Source: Octopus sinensis (lineage: Eukaryota). Taken from it: a DNA stretch of 64,000 nucleotides. The stretch is taken from NCBI RefSeq assembly GCF_006345805.1, contig NC_042997.1, positions 86,924,001 through 86,988,000 of the forward strand. Reading direction: 5' to 3'. Positions 36,485 through 49,095 of this stretch are shown here, piece by piece; the first letter of the stretch is position 1; every line of letters starts with the position of its first letter. The notes under the pieces are model-generated. The model had not been told where the DNA came from and made no database searches. It worked only from the letters and a program-made list of their open reading frames with translations. Made by a program: the position numbers and the translations under genes.

Positions 36485-36820
36485 GGTCCAGGAGTGGCTG
36501 TGGAGTATGAAGTTTGCTTCCCAAGCACGTGGTTCCAGGTTCAGACCCACTGCGTGGCACATTGGGAAAGTGTCTTCTACTATATCCAAGGCCTCGTGAG
36601 TGGATTTGGTAGATAGAAACTGAAAGAAACCCGTCGTATATATGTATATATGACAACCGGTGCTGGTGTTTTTACGCCCCCGTAATTTAGTGGTTCGGCA
36701 AAAGTAACCGATAGAATAAGTACCAGGCTTTTAAGAATAAGTACTGGGGTCGATACATTCGATTAATATTTCAAGGCGGTGTCCCAGTATGGCTGCAGTC
36801 TAATGAAACACGTTAAAGAT
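36485..36820 (+). mobile_element. SINE family B
   Basis: caggagtggctgtgg...cccactgcgtggcacattgggaaagtgtcttctact...aaggcggtgtcccagtatggctgcagtctaatgaaac. Confidence 0.87.
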
Positions 36821-36849
36821 AATATATATATATATATATGGATCCTGGA

Positions 36850-37505
36850 TGGATTTTGGGATCATTAAGAACCACGAAAAAGGATACCACGCTACATGGT
36901 ATTCTTATGGAGAACTTTCGTTCTCAGTCGTCTGTATTACTGCTCCTAACTGTGATCGCAGCAGAGCGTGAAACTAGTGGCGGAACTTGAGGTAATCCAG
37001 TGCTGCTTCACAGAGAAGATTGACTAAGTGAAAGAGATGAGCTGCAGGAAGAGACTAAAGGAACTGAAGCTCAACTCACTAGGGAGAAGGCGTGAGAGAT
37101 ATGCATTGATATACATATAGAAGATCCTGGAAGGTCTATCTCCCAATTTTGGAACTGAAAGCTTTACCAACTACCGAACTGGATGGTACTGCATAGTACC
37201 TAGAGTTCCGTCTTCTCCAACTAGCGTAACCACCCAGTATTGTAACAGCTTGGCTTCAAGGGTCCACAACAATTCAACATACTCCCAAACAACTTCAGAG
37301 ATTTACGATGTGTAGATGTGGAAGTCTTCAAAGAGCTTTGGGCAAATTTCTATCTGAGATACCAGATGAACCCACATTGCGGCAAGAGGTACAAAGAAGA
37401 GCAACTCCTTCCAATTCGCTACTTCAGAAACAGTGCAGGAAAAGAAATTCAAATACACTGAAAGGCGGTGCGCCAACATGACTTCAGCCCCCGGCTGAAA
37501 CCTGT
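36850..37505 (+). pseudogene. CR1-clade LINE 3' end (ORF2 C-terminus)
   Basis: WRTFVLSRL/YCS...ELEVIQ...RKRLKELKLNSL.RRRERYALIYI.KILEGL.PNFG...GPQQFNILP...EIPDEP...SNSLL. Confidence 0.85.
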
Positions 37506-37743
37506 GTACTTAATGATTACACACACACACACCACACACACACACACACTCTCTCTCTCTCTCTTCCTCTCTCTCTCTCTCACACACACATGTCATTTTT
37601 TGGACCAATGAGTATTCGTCAATTAGTGTGTTGATGTGTTAAGTAAAGCACCAGTACGGTTTGAGCTACCTGGTGTCATCCGCAATTGTGGTACATTTCC
37701 GTTGGATCTACTTCAGGAATTCCGCAGTGTTGGTTGGGATAAT

Positions 37744-38061
37744 AATCGATTAATGAAACAGATGGATTTGGTATTAGTCTGTATTCCGTACAACGATCGT
37801 TTCGACCCATCCTGCGACTGTCCTTCATGTGTGGAGTGATGTGCATCATATTGTGTTGCACCAACATGACTGCTGAACTCAATATTTTTAGTGGGACACC
37901 TCTTTATGTATGCATGTACCTTATGTGATCTAGACTACAAAATTAATGCACTACAATACGATGCACATCATCCCAAACATAAAGAACAGTCGCAGGATAT
38001 CGAAACGATCGCCGTACGGAATAAAGTCTAATACCAAAAACATCTGTTTCATCAATCGGTT
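37744..38061. mobile_element. About 320-bp diverged inverted-repeat (MITE/foldback-like) element
   Basis: Arms 37744-37860 and 37947-38061, roughly 80% by eye (atgaaacagatg, ttggtattag, attccgtac, cgatcgtttcga, atcctgcgactgt, gatgtgcatc). Confidence 0.8.
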
Positions 38062-38332
38062 ATACTCTCACATGCACATACCTACATATACATAGCTACA
38101 GCCGTCGCTGTGTGATAACCTTGTTTCCAAACACATGACTTCGGGTTCAGTCTCACTGTGTGGAATCTTGGGCAAGTGTGTCCTACTATTGCCTGAAGCC
38201 GACCAATTTAAATTTTGGAATCTTTTTTCTTTTTTTTTCGAGAATTCTATTTTTGAATCATTTTGGAATCTATTTTGATTTTTTCTTTCTAATTAATTTT
38301 AGTTAATTTTTGTTTATTTTCTGTTCATTAAA

Positions 38333-38600
38333 ATGGAATGTCAAGTTAAGAAAAACAGGCGTTTTCGACACCTTCTTTTTGCTTTTAATCAAGGTTCTAA
38401 TGCCGCAAAAGCTGATCGCGATATTTGTGCTGTTTATAGAGAGGGTGCCATAGCTGAAAGAACCGCTCGTGATTGGTATGCCAAGTTCAAAAATGGAAAT
38501 TTTGACCTCAAAGATGTACCTCGTTCTGGTCGACCAGTTGAGTTCGATGAAGAGCGATTAAACCAACTTTTGCACGAAAATTCTCGTCAAACGACAATGA
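38333..38600 (+). pseudogene. Mariner transposase N-terminal HTH fragment
   Basis: FRHLLFAFNQG..AAKA.RDICAVY.EGAIAERTARDWYAKFKNGNFDLKDVPRSGRPVEFDEERLNQLLHENSRQTT. Confidence 0.88.
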
Positions 38601-38924
38601 CTCCTGTAACTGTATGCCGGCCAAAAATACTGAAGAGCTTCATTAAAAAATAAGAGTTGCTCCCCTTGACATATTGCTTCATCTCTTCATTTTTTCTGCA
38701 AAGATGGCGTCCTACTGACAGCAAAAAACTTTTCTCTATATATATTGTCAATCGTATGATCGTGACACCGGTACTTATTTAATTTGTAATGATGTAATGA
38801 TATAATATGATCCTAATATCACCATAAATTTTATTACACAAACTTTCTGACTCTTACATTTCTTTTCTTTCTTATACACGCACGCACACACATATATATA
38901 CATATTTATACATATATGTATGTA

Positions 38925-39685
38925 TGTATATATATATGCATATGTGTGTGTGTGCGCGTGCGTGCGTGCGTCTGTGTGTAAGTATGTGTGTCTGTGTCTG
39001 TGTTTGTCCCTCACCACTGCTTGACAACTGGTATTGGTGCGTTTACGTCCCTGTAGTTTAGCGCTTCGGCAAAAGATACCGATAGAATAAGTAGCAAGCT
39101 TTTAAAAAAGTGCTTTGATAGAGTTGTTCGACTAAAATTTTTTAAGGCGGCGCCCCAGGATTGGCTCAGTCTGATGACTGAAACCTGCAAAAGATAAAAG
39201 ATAACATATATGTATGCACGCGCGTACGTGTATGTATGCATATATGTATGTATGTGAAAATGTATGTATGTATACATGTATGTACGTATGTATGTATACA
39301 TGTATGTATGTATGTATGTATGTATGTATGTATGTATAAATGCACGTTTGCATGTATGTATATATATATGCATATGTGTGTGTGTGCGCGTGCGTGCGTG
39401 CGTCTGTGTGTAAGTATGTGTGTCTGTGTCTGTGTTTGTCCCTCACCACTGCTTGACAACTGGTATTGGTGCGTTTACGTCCCTGTAGTTTAGCGCTTCG
39501 GCAAAAGATACCGATAGAATAAGTAGCAAGCTTTTAAAAAAGTGCTTGATAGAGTTGTTCGACTAAAATTTTTTAAGGCGGCGCCCCAGGATTGGCTCAG
39601 TCTGATGACTGAAACCTGCAAAAGATAAAAGATAACATATATGTATGCACGCGCGTACGTGTATGTATGCATATATGTATGTATG
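38925..39685 (+). repeat. Near-identical tandem duplication (period about 432 bp) of a SINE B tail plus flanks
   Basis: tgtttgtccctcaccact at 39001 and 39433; visible differences are essentially a T-run length (gtgctttga versus gtgcttga) and the microsatellite. Confidence 0.9.
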
Positions 39686-39749
39686 TATATATAGTGCGGC
39701 ACAGACAAATGTGATTCTTAGTAGTCTGGCCGCTTTAACTGCGCATGAG

Positions 39750-41290
39750 TAAACGAACTGCACTGCCCGATCTGTAGAAGCTTTGGATGTATGTTAACGT
39801 TCCAGATACCCGGTTCTTGGTCTAGACTGCAGATTCTCAAACAGAAGAGATGTAGGAATACATGTGTGACAAATGGTGACCACCCCTATTCATTGTATGA
39901 CAAGCGGTGACTACCCCTGCTCATGTCGCAGCCTCAACAGATACCTATGTAGACTTGTCTTCCCAGGTGCTAAGTTGCTTGTTCACCGGCTTGCTCTGGT
40001 AAATGCATGCTTATATTATCATTTCGTATTCTTTCAGCGTGGTACAGGTCACCTCAGTATCCATGATGTGTAATACCCTCATGGTGATGTCATTTACGTA
40101 GGTCGACACGGCTTCTCCATGTTCCTGTTTGAACGGTATGCCTCCTCTAAGTTTAGTTTCTGTTGTAACGGTTCAATTTCAAAAGCAATAACTCTCACAT
40201 CGGTAGCAACAACTTAAGGGACAAAACATGCATGTATGATGAGACAGAATGGTATTGAGGGACTGAACGTGTATTCAAAACGGTTCTGATTGGTATCTAT
40301 TTAGTCTGGTCGGCAAGCAGATGCTGCTGCATATTGAAGTGTTCCAGGACCTGAAAACAGGAGCTAAACTAGCAATACTAAAGTCAACCGCCGAGGACCG
40401 ATATCTGACCTTATCGAAAGCTTTGGAGTGATTCACATTGATCAAAACCCCACCACCAAAGCCAGATTATTATTACCCACCCTCCCTGCAATGTATTACC
40501 TGAGGTGGAGGTTGTGATGTATAGATTTGCCAGGAATCACAGTTCTGCTCGTTTTCGACCTCATTACCAATGGCAACCACCAATATTCTCGCGAGCACCT
40601 TAGCCAAAATCTTAAACATTATGTTCAGCTGTTAAAGTCAGATAATGTTGATACTGACGCCCTTGTTCGTGTACTGGCTCAGCAGCACAACTTCTCCCTA
40701 CGAAACACAACTGGAATGTTCTCAATATGCTGTCAGTTGCGATATCTGTTTACTGAGGACGAAGAAGTCTAGTATGTATTCATAAACTGAGTAGAACAGA
40801 CTACTCAGCGCAGATGATTGCTCCTTGCGCGCTCTTTTACTGCCAAATGTTTTTCAGCTGCCACTACCAGTTTTTCGCAATACTCTACATTTTCTGTCGA
40901 AAACCACCCCAAGCCGAAAACCACCCCAAGTTGAAAACCACTCCAAGGTGGGCACTAAAACTCACGATCTTCACTCCATACCACTAACCCAAGTAGTTTG
41001 ATAAAATGCCGTTGAAAAACTACCCACATCTGCCTAGAATCAAATATGCAACCATCATAGTCCATCAAAGACTTACCTGTGGCTTTATAGTCACGTTACG
41101 CATTAACCTCCTGGCCTATTGCCCAGATTTCGTATCCTCCTGTCTAAAAGCACGCACCTCAGCTCTGTTAAGGCAATGTTTGTGTTTTGCATGTTCGAAC
41201 GCTATTTTGCACCTTTTCCGTCAGCAGTACGTCAAGTATCGTTTTTTTTTTATCGCCTATTCTGATCTGCTGATTATTCTACACCGCTAA
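39750..41290 (-). pseudogene. L1/Tx1-clade LINE remnant (RT region)
   Basis: GEVVLL...NKG...LNIMFKILAKVLARIL, IPGKSIHHNLHL, GGVLINVNHSKAFDKVRYR, LN..QSEPF, VSTYVNDIT across stops and frameshifts. Confidence 0.72.
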
Positions 41291-42060
41291 CCTATAGTTT
41301 ATTTTATCACTGCTTCTTCACTGTCCCCTATAGATTCTACAATAGATTCTACAACAGCAAAAGTATTGCTGTGTAAATTACACGATAAAAGCTACAATGT
41401 TTCGTGTGTTTAGGAATGAACACGGAATGTTTTATTTGTTGTGAATGGTAGGATTCACAGCAGCAGCAGCTGCTGCAGATGCAGAAATAGCAGTAGAAGC
41501 AGCAACAGCAGAAGCAGCGGCAGCAGCAGAAGTAGCAGAAGTCTCGGCAACAGCATTTTTGGAAAAGAAGCGGCTGCTGTAGTAAGTAGTTGTCATCCAG
41601 CCCCATTTATTTCTTGATTGGGCATGCTAATGATCAAAGGTTTTCCAGCTGTGGCCATTGCATCTTATTTTTTAGGAATAGTGTAATTTATACTACATTA
41701 CGCAACTATTTTCACTGTGCCCAGCCATTTTTTAAAGAAGTTAGGGTGTGGTGTGGTTTAAAAGCGTGATCTGGCTGCTGCTTCTGACAGATCGAGCGAC
41801 CATGTGGAAGCTGCGTCTTTCAGGATTTGTTGAAAATTAAGCGGTAAAGAGAGGCAATAGCAAGAAAATAGCAGATGTAATTGAAAAATGAAAATATAAA
41901 GCAATATTGAAAGACTGGATTTGGCAGGGTTGGGGGTGTCTGTAGGCGGAGTGAAAGCTATCTAGCCAATAGGAATAGAGTAAAAAGAGGTGGGTTGAAG
42001 AACAGACAAAACTTGAACTTGTGATATGAATGATGAAAATAAATAGATAGATAGACAGAT

Positions 42061-42110
<50 letters not shown>

Positions 42111-42184
42111 AAATAATAAACTTTTTAAGTATGAAATAATTCTTTATAAAAATGATAAAAACAAGATACACTTCTAATATTTAT

Positions 42185-42216
42185 TACAGGTCATTCGCAG
42201 GTGATGATGATGGTAG

Positions 42217-42272
<56 letters not shown>

Positions 42273-42850
42273 GTGGGGTGGTGGTGGTGGTGACGGTGGT
42301 GGTAGTGGTGGAGTAGTGATGATGGTGGAGGTGATGGTCGGAATGGTGATGATATTGGTGGTGGTAGTGATTGTGTGTGTGTGTTAGTGATGGTAGTGGT
42401 GGTGGTGGTGATGATGGTTGAGGTAATGAAAATGATGGTGGTATTAGTGTTATTGTTGTTGTTGTTGGTGGTGGTGACGAAAGCAGCAGCAGCAGCAATA
42501 ACAGAGTTTAAACCACAGCAGAAGAAGCAGTAACCAAGTAAGCTTGGAGTAACAAACAAATAAAGGAAAAAAGAAAAAAAAGAAAATGTAGCAGGTGAAG
42601 GTAGAAGCAGGAGGAGGAGAAAGAGGAAGAGAAAAAGAAAGAAAGGAGAGGAGGGGAAAGGAAAACAAGATGTTGAAGGAGAAAGGGAAGAGTGGGAGAA
42701 GAAGTGGGAGAAGAGATGAAAATGCAAAAAAGATGAACATGAAGAATAAGGGAGGGTGACGGGAAGAGGTGGAAGAAGAATAAAGAAAGTGGGGGATAGG
42801 GAGAGTAAGAACTTGAAAACAACAATAACATGACTAGCATTAACAAATGA
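42185..42850. repeat. (GAT)n/(GTG)n and purine-rich low-complexity block
   Basis: Direct reading. Confidence 0.9.
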
Positions 42851-42858
42851 CTATATTG

Positions 42859-43037
42859 GTTTCAAATTTTGGCCCAAGGCTAGCAGTTTTGGTGAGGAGA
42901 GGCTAAGTCGATTAAATCGATCTCAATATTCAATCGGTTCTTATTTTATCGACCCCGAAAAGATGATAGGCAAAGTCGACCCCGGCGGGATTTGAACTCA
43001 GAATGTAAAGACGGGCGAAGTACTACTAAGCATTTTG
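42859..43037 (-). mobile_element. 5'-truncated SINE family A with 17-bp TSD
   Basis: aacaaatgactatattg at 42842-42858 and 43038-43054. Confidence 0.9.
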
Positions 43038-43459
43038 AACAAATGACTATATTGAGAAGCAGTCTCAGATAAAGAAATTTGTTTTTAAATTTATAAATTA
43101 ACAAACATAGCAGTGACTGTGATTATAGCCACAACAATAAGAACAAGTACAACAATAGCTACAATATAGTCGCTCAACCTGGTAGAAATAACAGTCAAAA
43201 TGTCCCTGAAATCTAACCCTACCATCTAATAAGTTACTTAAGCCATTTGCCCCTTGTGGAGCATGAGCCATTGCTCACTTCTCTTCACTGTTCTTAGCTC
43301 TAGGCTGTGTTTTCCGTTTCTCTCCAGTTGGATCCGGGCTATTTCAACTCATCGTCAGTATCCCAACTCCATTTTTTTCAGGTTGACCTCTCCTTCGTCT
43401 TCTTTGGAAGTTTCAGTTTACTATGTGACATGTCTCTAAGAAAGCGCCTTCCTCTAATA

Positions 43460-43713
43460 CAATGGTTCTCGATCAGGGTCCAAATGGTCTCAGGAGTCTA
43501 TATAGAATTTTGTTGTTAAAAATTAAGTGCAGTAAATCAGTAATACTTCTACAATACAGAAAATATGTTAATTTTTAAAAATACAATTCCTAATACTATT
43601 TCATTATAAAAATACAAAAGGGTATTTTTAAAACTTCGAATGGTCATGAGGGTCCAGGAAAGTAAAATAGGAATCAAAGGGTTCACAGACAAAGGAATGG
43701 TTATGAACCACTA
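43460..43713. mobile_element. hAT-type MITE
   Basis: Ends caatggttctc / ggttatgaaccacta resemble CAGTGGTTCTCAACC TIRs; interior similar to 44121-44292. Confidence 0.6.
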
Positions 43714-44120
43714 CTTTATCTGGTGTTGGTTTTGTATTGCCATAGATGCTTGAGCAACTTTGCTTCTTTGTAGGTGAGGGTGCTGATCCTACACAAACCC
43801 ATTTTTATTACTGGGTCCATATTAGTCTGGTCTCTTTTCTTTGATCTGTACAGCATAGGAGGCCCTACAAATGAATTTGCTCCGTTGGCATAGCTCTCAT
43901 GATCATTGAGACACATAAACTACAACACTACAACAAGGACTGGGGTTCGTGGTGTACCGTCTTATACGTGGAAGGACACATTGATGGCCAGAGCTTCATC
44001 ACCTTTGACCTTAGCGGCATCTTTGATTAGGGGCTAAATGGGGTAAATAATAACAAGAACAACAACAACGACAATAGTAATGTAAGCCACAACTACTCGC
44101 CAATGAAGGAGCATCTACGT

Positions 44121-44292
44121 CAGTTGTTCTCACCTAGGGTCCATATAACCTTTGGAGGTCCATGTAAGATTTTATTGTGAAAACTGATGCGCAATAAATT
44201 GGTCATATTTCTACAATACACAAAATATTTTAACAATAGAGAAAAATAGGACTCAGAGGGGTCCATAGGCCAAAAAGGCTTGAGAAACACTG
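44121..44292. mobile_element. hAT-type MITE with 8-bp TSD
   Basis: Ends cagttgttctca / tgagaaacactg; flanks atctacgt (44113-44120) and atctacat (44293-44300). Confidence 0.82.
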
Positions 44293-44847
44293 ATCTACAT
44301 AGATGCTTGACATTTTTTTTTATAAATAGTTGCTAAATCTCCCTCAAATTGCACGTTACGTTTTTTTTTTAAAGGACACTTTGGTTAATATTGCTCGTAA
44401 TACGCGTTATCTAAAAAATAACAACAGCAAAAAGCATAGATCTGCTCAGCGAATGTTGATTTAACGATAAAAAAGAAAAACAGCAGCAGTAGTAGGGGGT
44501 ACATTTGCAACAAAATTTTGGTAACGGGCACGAGCCGCAACCACGTTCGTATAATGAGACAACATATACTACGTATCTATGTGGTCACACGACCCGCTAG
44601 AAAAATCAGTCACGTCCCCTTCAAAGCATAACGAGCCAACTTAAAAGCGAGAGGACAAATTGTTAATATGGTTCTGAATAAACTAAAAAAAGATAAAAGC
44701 AGGTGTCATGGTTCGAAAACCTTTAAATTTAGGACACCGTGATTGTGTGGTTAAGAAGCTCGCTTTCACTGCACAATACCTTGGGCAAATGCCTACAATA
44801 GCCTCTGGCTGACCAATACTTTGGAAGAGATAAACGGAAACTGTCGT

Positions 44848-44916
44848 GCATGTATGTATGTATGTGTGTATGTATGTATGTATGTATGTATGTATGTATG
44901 TATGTATGTATGTATG

Positions 44917-44948
<32 letters not shown>

Positions 44949-45160
44949 CATGTTTATATGTATGTATGTAATGTATGTATGTATGTATGTATGTATGTAT
45001 GCATGTTTATATGTATGTATGTATGTTATATGTACGTATGTATGTATGTATGTATGTATGTATGTATGTATGTATGTATGTATGTATGTATGTATGTATG
45101 CATGCATGTTTATATGTATGTATGTATGTTTATATGTATGTAATGTATGTATGTATGTTT
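44848..45160. repeat. (TATG)n microsatellite
   Basis: Direct reading. Confidence 0.95.
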
Positions 45161-45184
45161 CTATTCTGGCTTTAATCATTTAAT

Positions 45185-45445
45185 TTCTTCCTTTGAAGGA
45201 GGAGCTGGTTTCTTAGAAAGATACAAAGCTCTACCATTGGAATGTAGATAACGAAAACAATGTCAGATTTTAAACCTGAGAAAAATTTTGCATAGTTTTA
45301 ATGTTCCGCTTACAGACTGTATTTGTAATGTGCGAATCGGTTGATTTCCTTTTCAGAAAATCCAAGCTTATCCAGACTGACAGTTAGGCTTTTACCTACA
45401 AACGTAAATTTGTAATCTGGATATAGAAGCTGGAGATTATGTATG
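45185..45445 (-). mobile_element. R4/Dong-like LINE 3' fragment
   Basis: HNLQLLYPDYKFTF...SLDKLGFSEKEINR and ctggtttcttagaaagatacaaagct resembling the family 3'UTR. Confidence 0.7.
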
Positions 45446-45634
45446 TATATATGTGTGTTTTTGTGTTTATATTTGTCCCACCCCAAACGCCGCTTGACAA
45501 CCAGTGCTGGTTTGTTCACGTTTCTGTCAAGCATAATTAAGTAAGCTTCGTTAATAAATTTTTCGTGCTTTATGTTTTTTGCTTTATTTTTTATCTTTAT
45601 TACACTACACATGGCTGAAACAAATACAAATACA

Positions 45635-45688
<54 letters not shown>

Positions 45689-47048
45689 AATAAATAAATA
45701 AATAGATAAATAAATAAATAAATAATAAATAAGCAAAAGATAAAAGACACACGTTGCTTGGTAAAAAAGAAACGGGATGTCTGCAGCTGGAATGTTTTTG
45801 ATCATGAGTGCACAATGAGGGCTGCTGGTAACAGTCACAAAGAAATACCCATAGTAACAAGGGCAACAGCAAAACATTAAGAGTACGAAAAAGAGCAGAT
45901 GAGAGAACATAGCATCAACAAGCACCTGCATGTGCAGCGGCAGACGCAGCAATGACAATAACAAGCAACAACAACAACAATAACAGAAACAACAACACTC
46001 CCGACGATGAAAACAATGGCGGTAGTTGTAGGATGTCAGTAGGAGTCGAAAGTGGCTGTCGCTTTAGTGAATATCTACATGAGACTCCTTTCGGAGAATA
46101 CTAAGGGTACAAAGTGTATTGCAACTAACAATCAGCTATAAGGTTTTATCTTGAGAGAGGGTACAACAAAAAAGAAGGGCAAGATTTTGTGTTTGTTTGT
46201 ATTGTGTTTGACTGTAGATTTAAGGCCTTATCCAGCAGTTGTTTCCCAATACGTTTTCCAGCAAGTGAGATACTGAAGCAGAACGAGTGTGCAACAACAC
46301 ACCTAAAGTTCGATAACTGACTTCTGGTACACAGTTCCGCTACACAATTTTAAAAAGAAAATATCAAAGAAATGCTTCGCCATATAGCAGATTTAACTAG
46401 TGATAATTTTCATATTTCTTCCAAGAAAGCAATCACCAAAGCGATCTGGAGCAGGGCTGGTTTTAAGCCAATTAGATTTATTCAAACTGGGCCCCGCGCC
46501 AAGAGAGGATCTCGTGCACACGCTCGAGCGAAAAAACTATGATGAACCATTGTATCTAATGATGGAGCCTCAAGCCCTCAACGCATTTTGGCTGGGATTG
46601 GCGTGCTACACGGAGCATAAAGCATCAATCCTCAGCTTTTCGTGGAGTAGAAGACCCCACTTACAATTCTCTAATTGGATCCCGCACTTCCTAGCGCCGA
46701 CCCCGATCTGGCGAACGTCTTTCCCTGCCAGACTTACGAGACCACTTCGTGTAGTCTTTCAGTTTTGATTCAACTTCAACCTGGGGTTAAGTTGATCTAT
46801 TATTGCAATCCTAATCATCGACATCGTCTTGCAATACAGAGCTAGATTCTGTATTGTCACAAGGATACCGAATGGCATTATTCATTTTAAATTGAGAGTC
46901 ATTACAGGCATGACTTCTTGGTTAAGAAGCACGCTTTGCAACCACGTCGTTTCGAGTTCAGTTCCACTGTGTGGTGTTTTCTACTATAGTTCCAGGCCGA
47001 CCAAATGCCTTCTGGGTTAATTTAGTTGACGGAAACTGTGTGGAGCTC

Positions 47049-47130
<82 letters not shown>

Positions 47131-47141
47131 ACACACTCACA

Positions 47142-47180
<39 letters not shown>

Positions 47181-47211
47181 ACACACACACACATGTATAC
47201 ACAAATACATA

Positions 47212-48430
47212 CCGTGAGCTGTGAATAGAATTGTCGTCTAAATTACGTAAAAATAAAAGTAACATTTACATCACATTTTAACACATATATTTACCAAAAT
47301 TACATAAAAATATCTTGAAATACTATAGAGTAAATTTATTTAATAAAATCGTCATTAGCTTCAATCACAGCCTCCAAATGACTTCGGAATCTCCAGCAAC
47401 TCTTCTGGATGGTCCCCTTGTTTAAGTTGATAACTGCTGCCATAATCCTTGCCTTCAGTTCGTCTTTGATGTTACAAAGAGTTTTGTTGATCTCTCGCCC
47501 AACTGTGCCACACACATAATAATCAAGAAGGTTGTAGTCTGGGGAGTTAGGTGGCCAGATGTTAGGGGTGATGTGGTCGCAGAAGTTGTCTGACAGCCAG
47601 GACTGAGTTCTCCTGCTTGTGTGGCATGGTGAAAAGTCCTGTTGCTAGACGTAGGGTCTCCAAGCAGCCACCCTCTTGACCCAGAGCAGCACTACCTGCT
47701 CCAGGCACTTTAAGTAGGCCTCTGTGTTGAGTCTGAAGCCGCGTGGAATGATGAGTGAAGGCATAACGTCGCCATCACAAGTGATCACTCCAAACACCAT
47801 TATGTTGACTGATGCTTGATTTTTATCACTCTCGGTAAGCCAACGGTTGTTCTGTGTGTTCACAATATGATCCTGGCAGAAATTTTTCTCATCTGAGAAA
47901 AACCAAAGCATGTTCGGTTGTAGGGGATGCTTGAGTTTGTTCAAAAGCTTCGTAGTATGGTCTTTCCTCTTGTGTCCTTGATGGCTTGGGATAAAAATTG
48001 TCACCTTCTCATCTTCTAAGAGGAATACCGAATGTGTTCATGCACTACCTGCCTAAGAAACTCAGACACTTTTATGTCCCTGACGATTGACCTGATTGGC
48101 TTCGAGAGATCATTGTCAATCATGGCCTGCTTCACACCAACAAATTCATTCGATCAGAGTGAGTTTTCCGAGCTGCCGTACCTTCGTAATCACCATTAAA
48201 CTCATCCAACTCTTTCCGAATCCTCTGCACTGTCCTCAGATTGACACCCAAACACTCTGAAATATTCGTAATGGAGCTTTCGGTGCGAATGCGAAGCAGT
48301 ACAGCATATCTTTTCCAAATTTCTGGCAGAGTGAGTTGTGTCATGGTTCCGGTTTTCTCACAGACAGTGCCCAACTGACCCTACTATGCTGTGTAGTCGA
48401 CAGAATCAAAAACACTCAATAGGCTACACG
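47212..48430 (-). mobile_element. Tc1/mariner maT-type (DD37D) transposon, decayed, one end overwritten by a SINE
   Basis: WFFSDEKNF...MVFGVI...*QQDFSPCH...WPPNSPDYNLLDYY with 37 residues between the 2nd and 3rd D; HTH LGVNLRTVQRIRKEL; ta|ccg end at about 47212. Confidence 0.85.
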
Positions 48431-48505
48431 ACTTATTCTTTGTAAACCTAGTACTTATTCTACGGGACTCATTTGCTGAACCGCTAAGTTACGGGAACAT
48501 AATAT

Positions 48506-48547
<42 letters not shown>

Positions 48548-48560
48548 TATATATATATAT

Positions 48561-48605
<45 letters not shown>

Positions 48606-48752
48606 ATGGGTTTCTCTCAGTTTCCGTCTACCAAATCCACTCACAAGGCTTTGACCGGCCCGAAATTTGAAGACACTTGCCCAAGGTACCACGCACCGGG
48701 ATTGAACCCGGAACCATGTAGTTAGGAAACAAGCTTCTTACCACACAAATGT
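48430..48752 (-). mobile_element. SINE family B
   Basis: gtacttattct...gaaccgctaagttacggg...cagtttccgtctaccaaatccactcacaaggc...cttcttaccacac. Confidence 0.85.
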
Positions 48753-48778
48753 ATGTGTCTACGTTTGTCTCTCATCTC

Positions 48779-49095
48779 TAGACGGAAACTGAAAGAAGGC
48801 CGTGGTATATATATGTACCTGTGTGTGTGGTGTGTGTGTGTGTGTGCATTTGTGTGTGTATTTGTGTGTGTGTTTGCGTGTGTGTGTGTGTGTGTGTGTG
48901 GTGTGTGTGTGTGTGTGTGACCTCCCGCTTGACAACCGATGTTGGTGTGTATACGTTTCCGTGATTTTGTAGTTCGGCAAAATAGATCCAAACAATAAGT
49001 ACCAGGCTTCTAAAAATAAGTCAAGGAGATGGAGTAAATTTCTTCACGGTCGTGCCCCAGTATGGCTGTAGTCTAAATGACTGAAACAAGTGAAA
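48779..49095 (+). mobile_element. SINE family B (5'-truncated), head-to-head with the previous copy
   Basis: tagacggaaactgaaagaaggccg...gcttgacaaccgatg...gtgccccagtatggctgtagtctaaatgactgaaacaag. Confidence 0.8.

Noticed and set aside
39168-39190. CTGATGACTGAAAC in the SINE B tail as a hammerhead core
   Set aside because: No stem II between CUGAUGA and GAAA; other family copies read ctaatgactgaaac or caaatgactgaaac, so the core is not conserved.
40899-40948. 3 x 17-bp repeat gaaaaccac(c/t)ccaag
   Set aside because: Local slippage duplication inside the decayed L1/Tx1 remnant; no independent significance evident.
41460-41585. (CAG)-rich tract as a polyglutamine exon
   Set aside because: Irregular CAG/TAG/AAG mosaic with in-frame stops and no splice signals.
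43720-43990. Complex sequence with weak RTE C-terminal resemblance (RG.P..TWKDTL)
   Set aside because: The match is too short to support a call without a database search.
46400-46768. 122-aa ORF of complex sequence
   Set aside because: No recognisable motif; begins near cagggctggttttaagcc, a MITE-like terminus; treated as an unclassified repeat.
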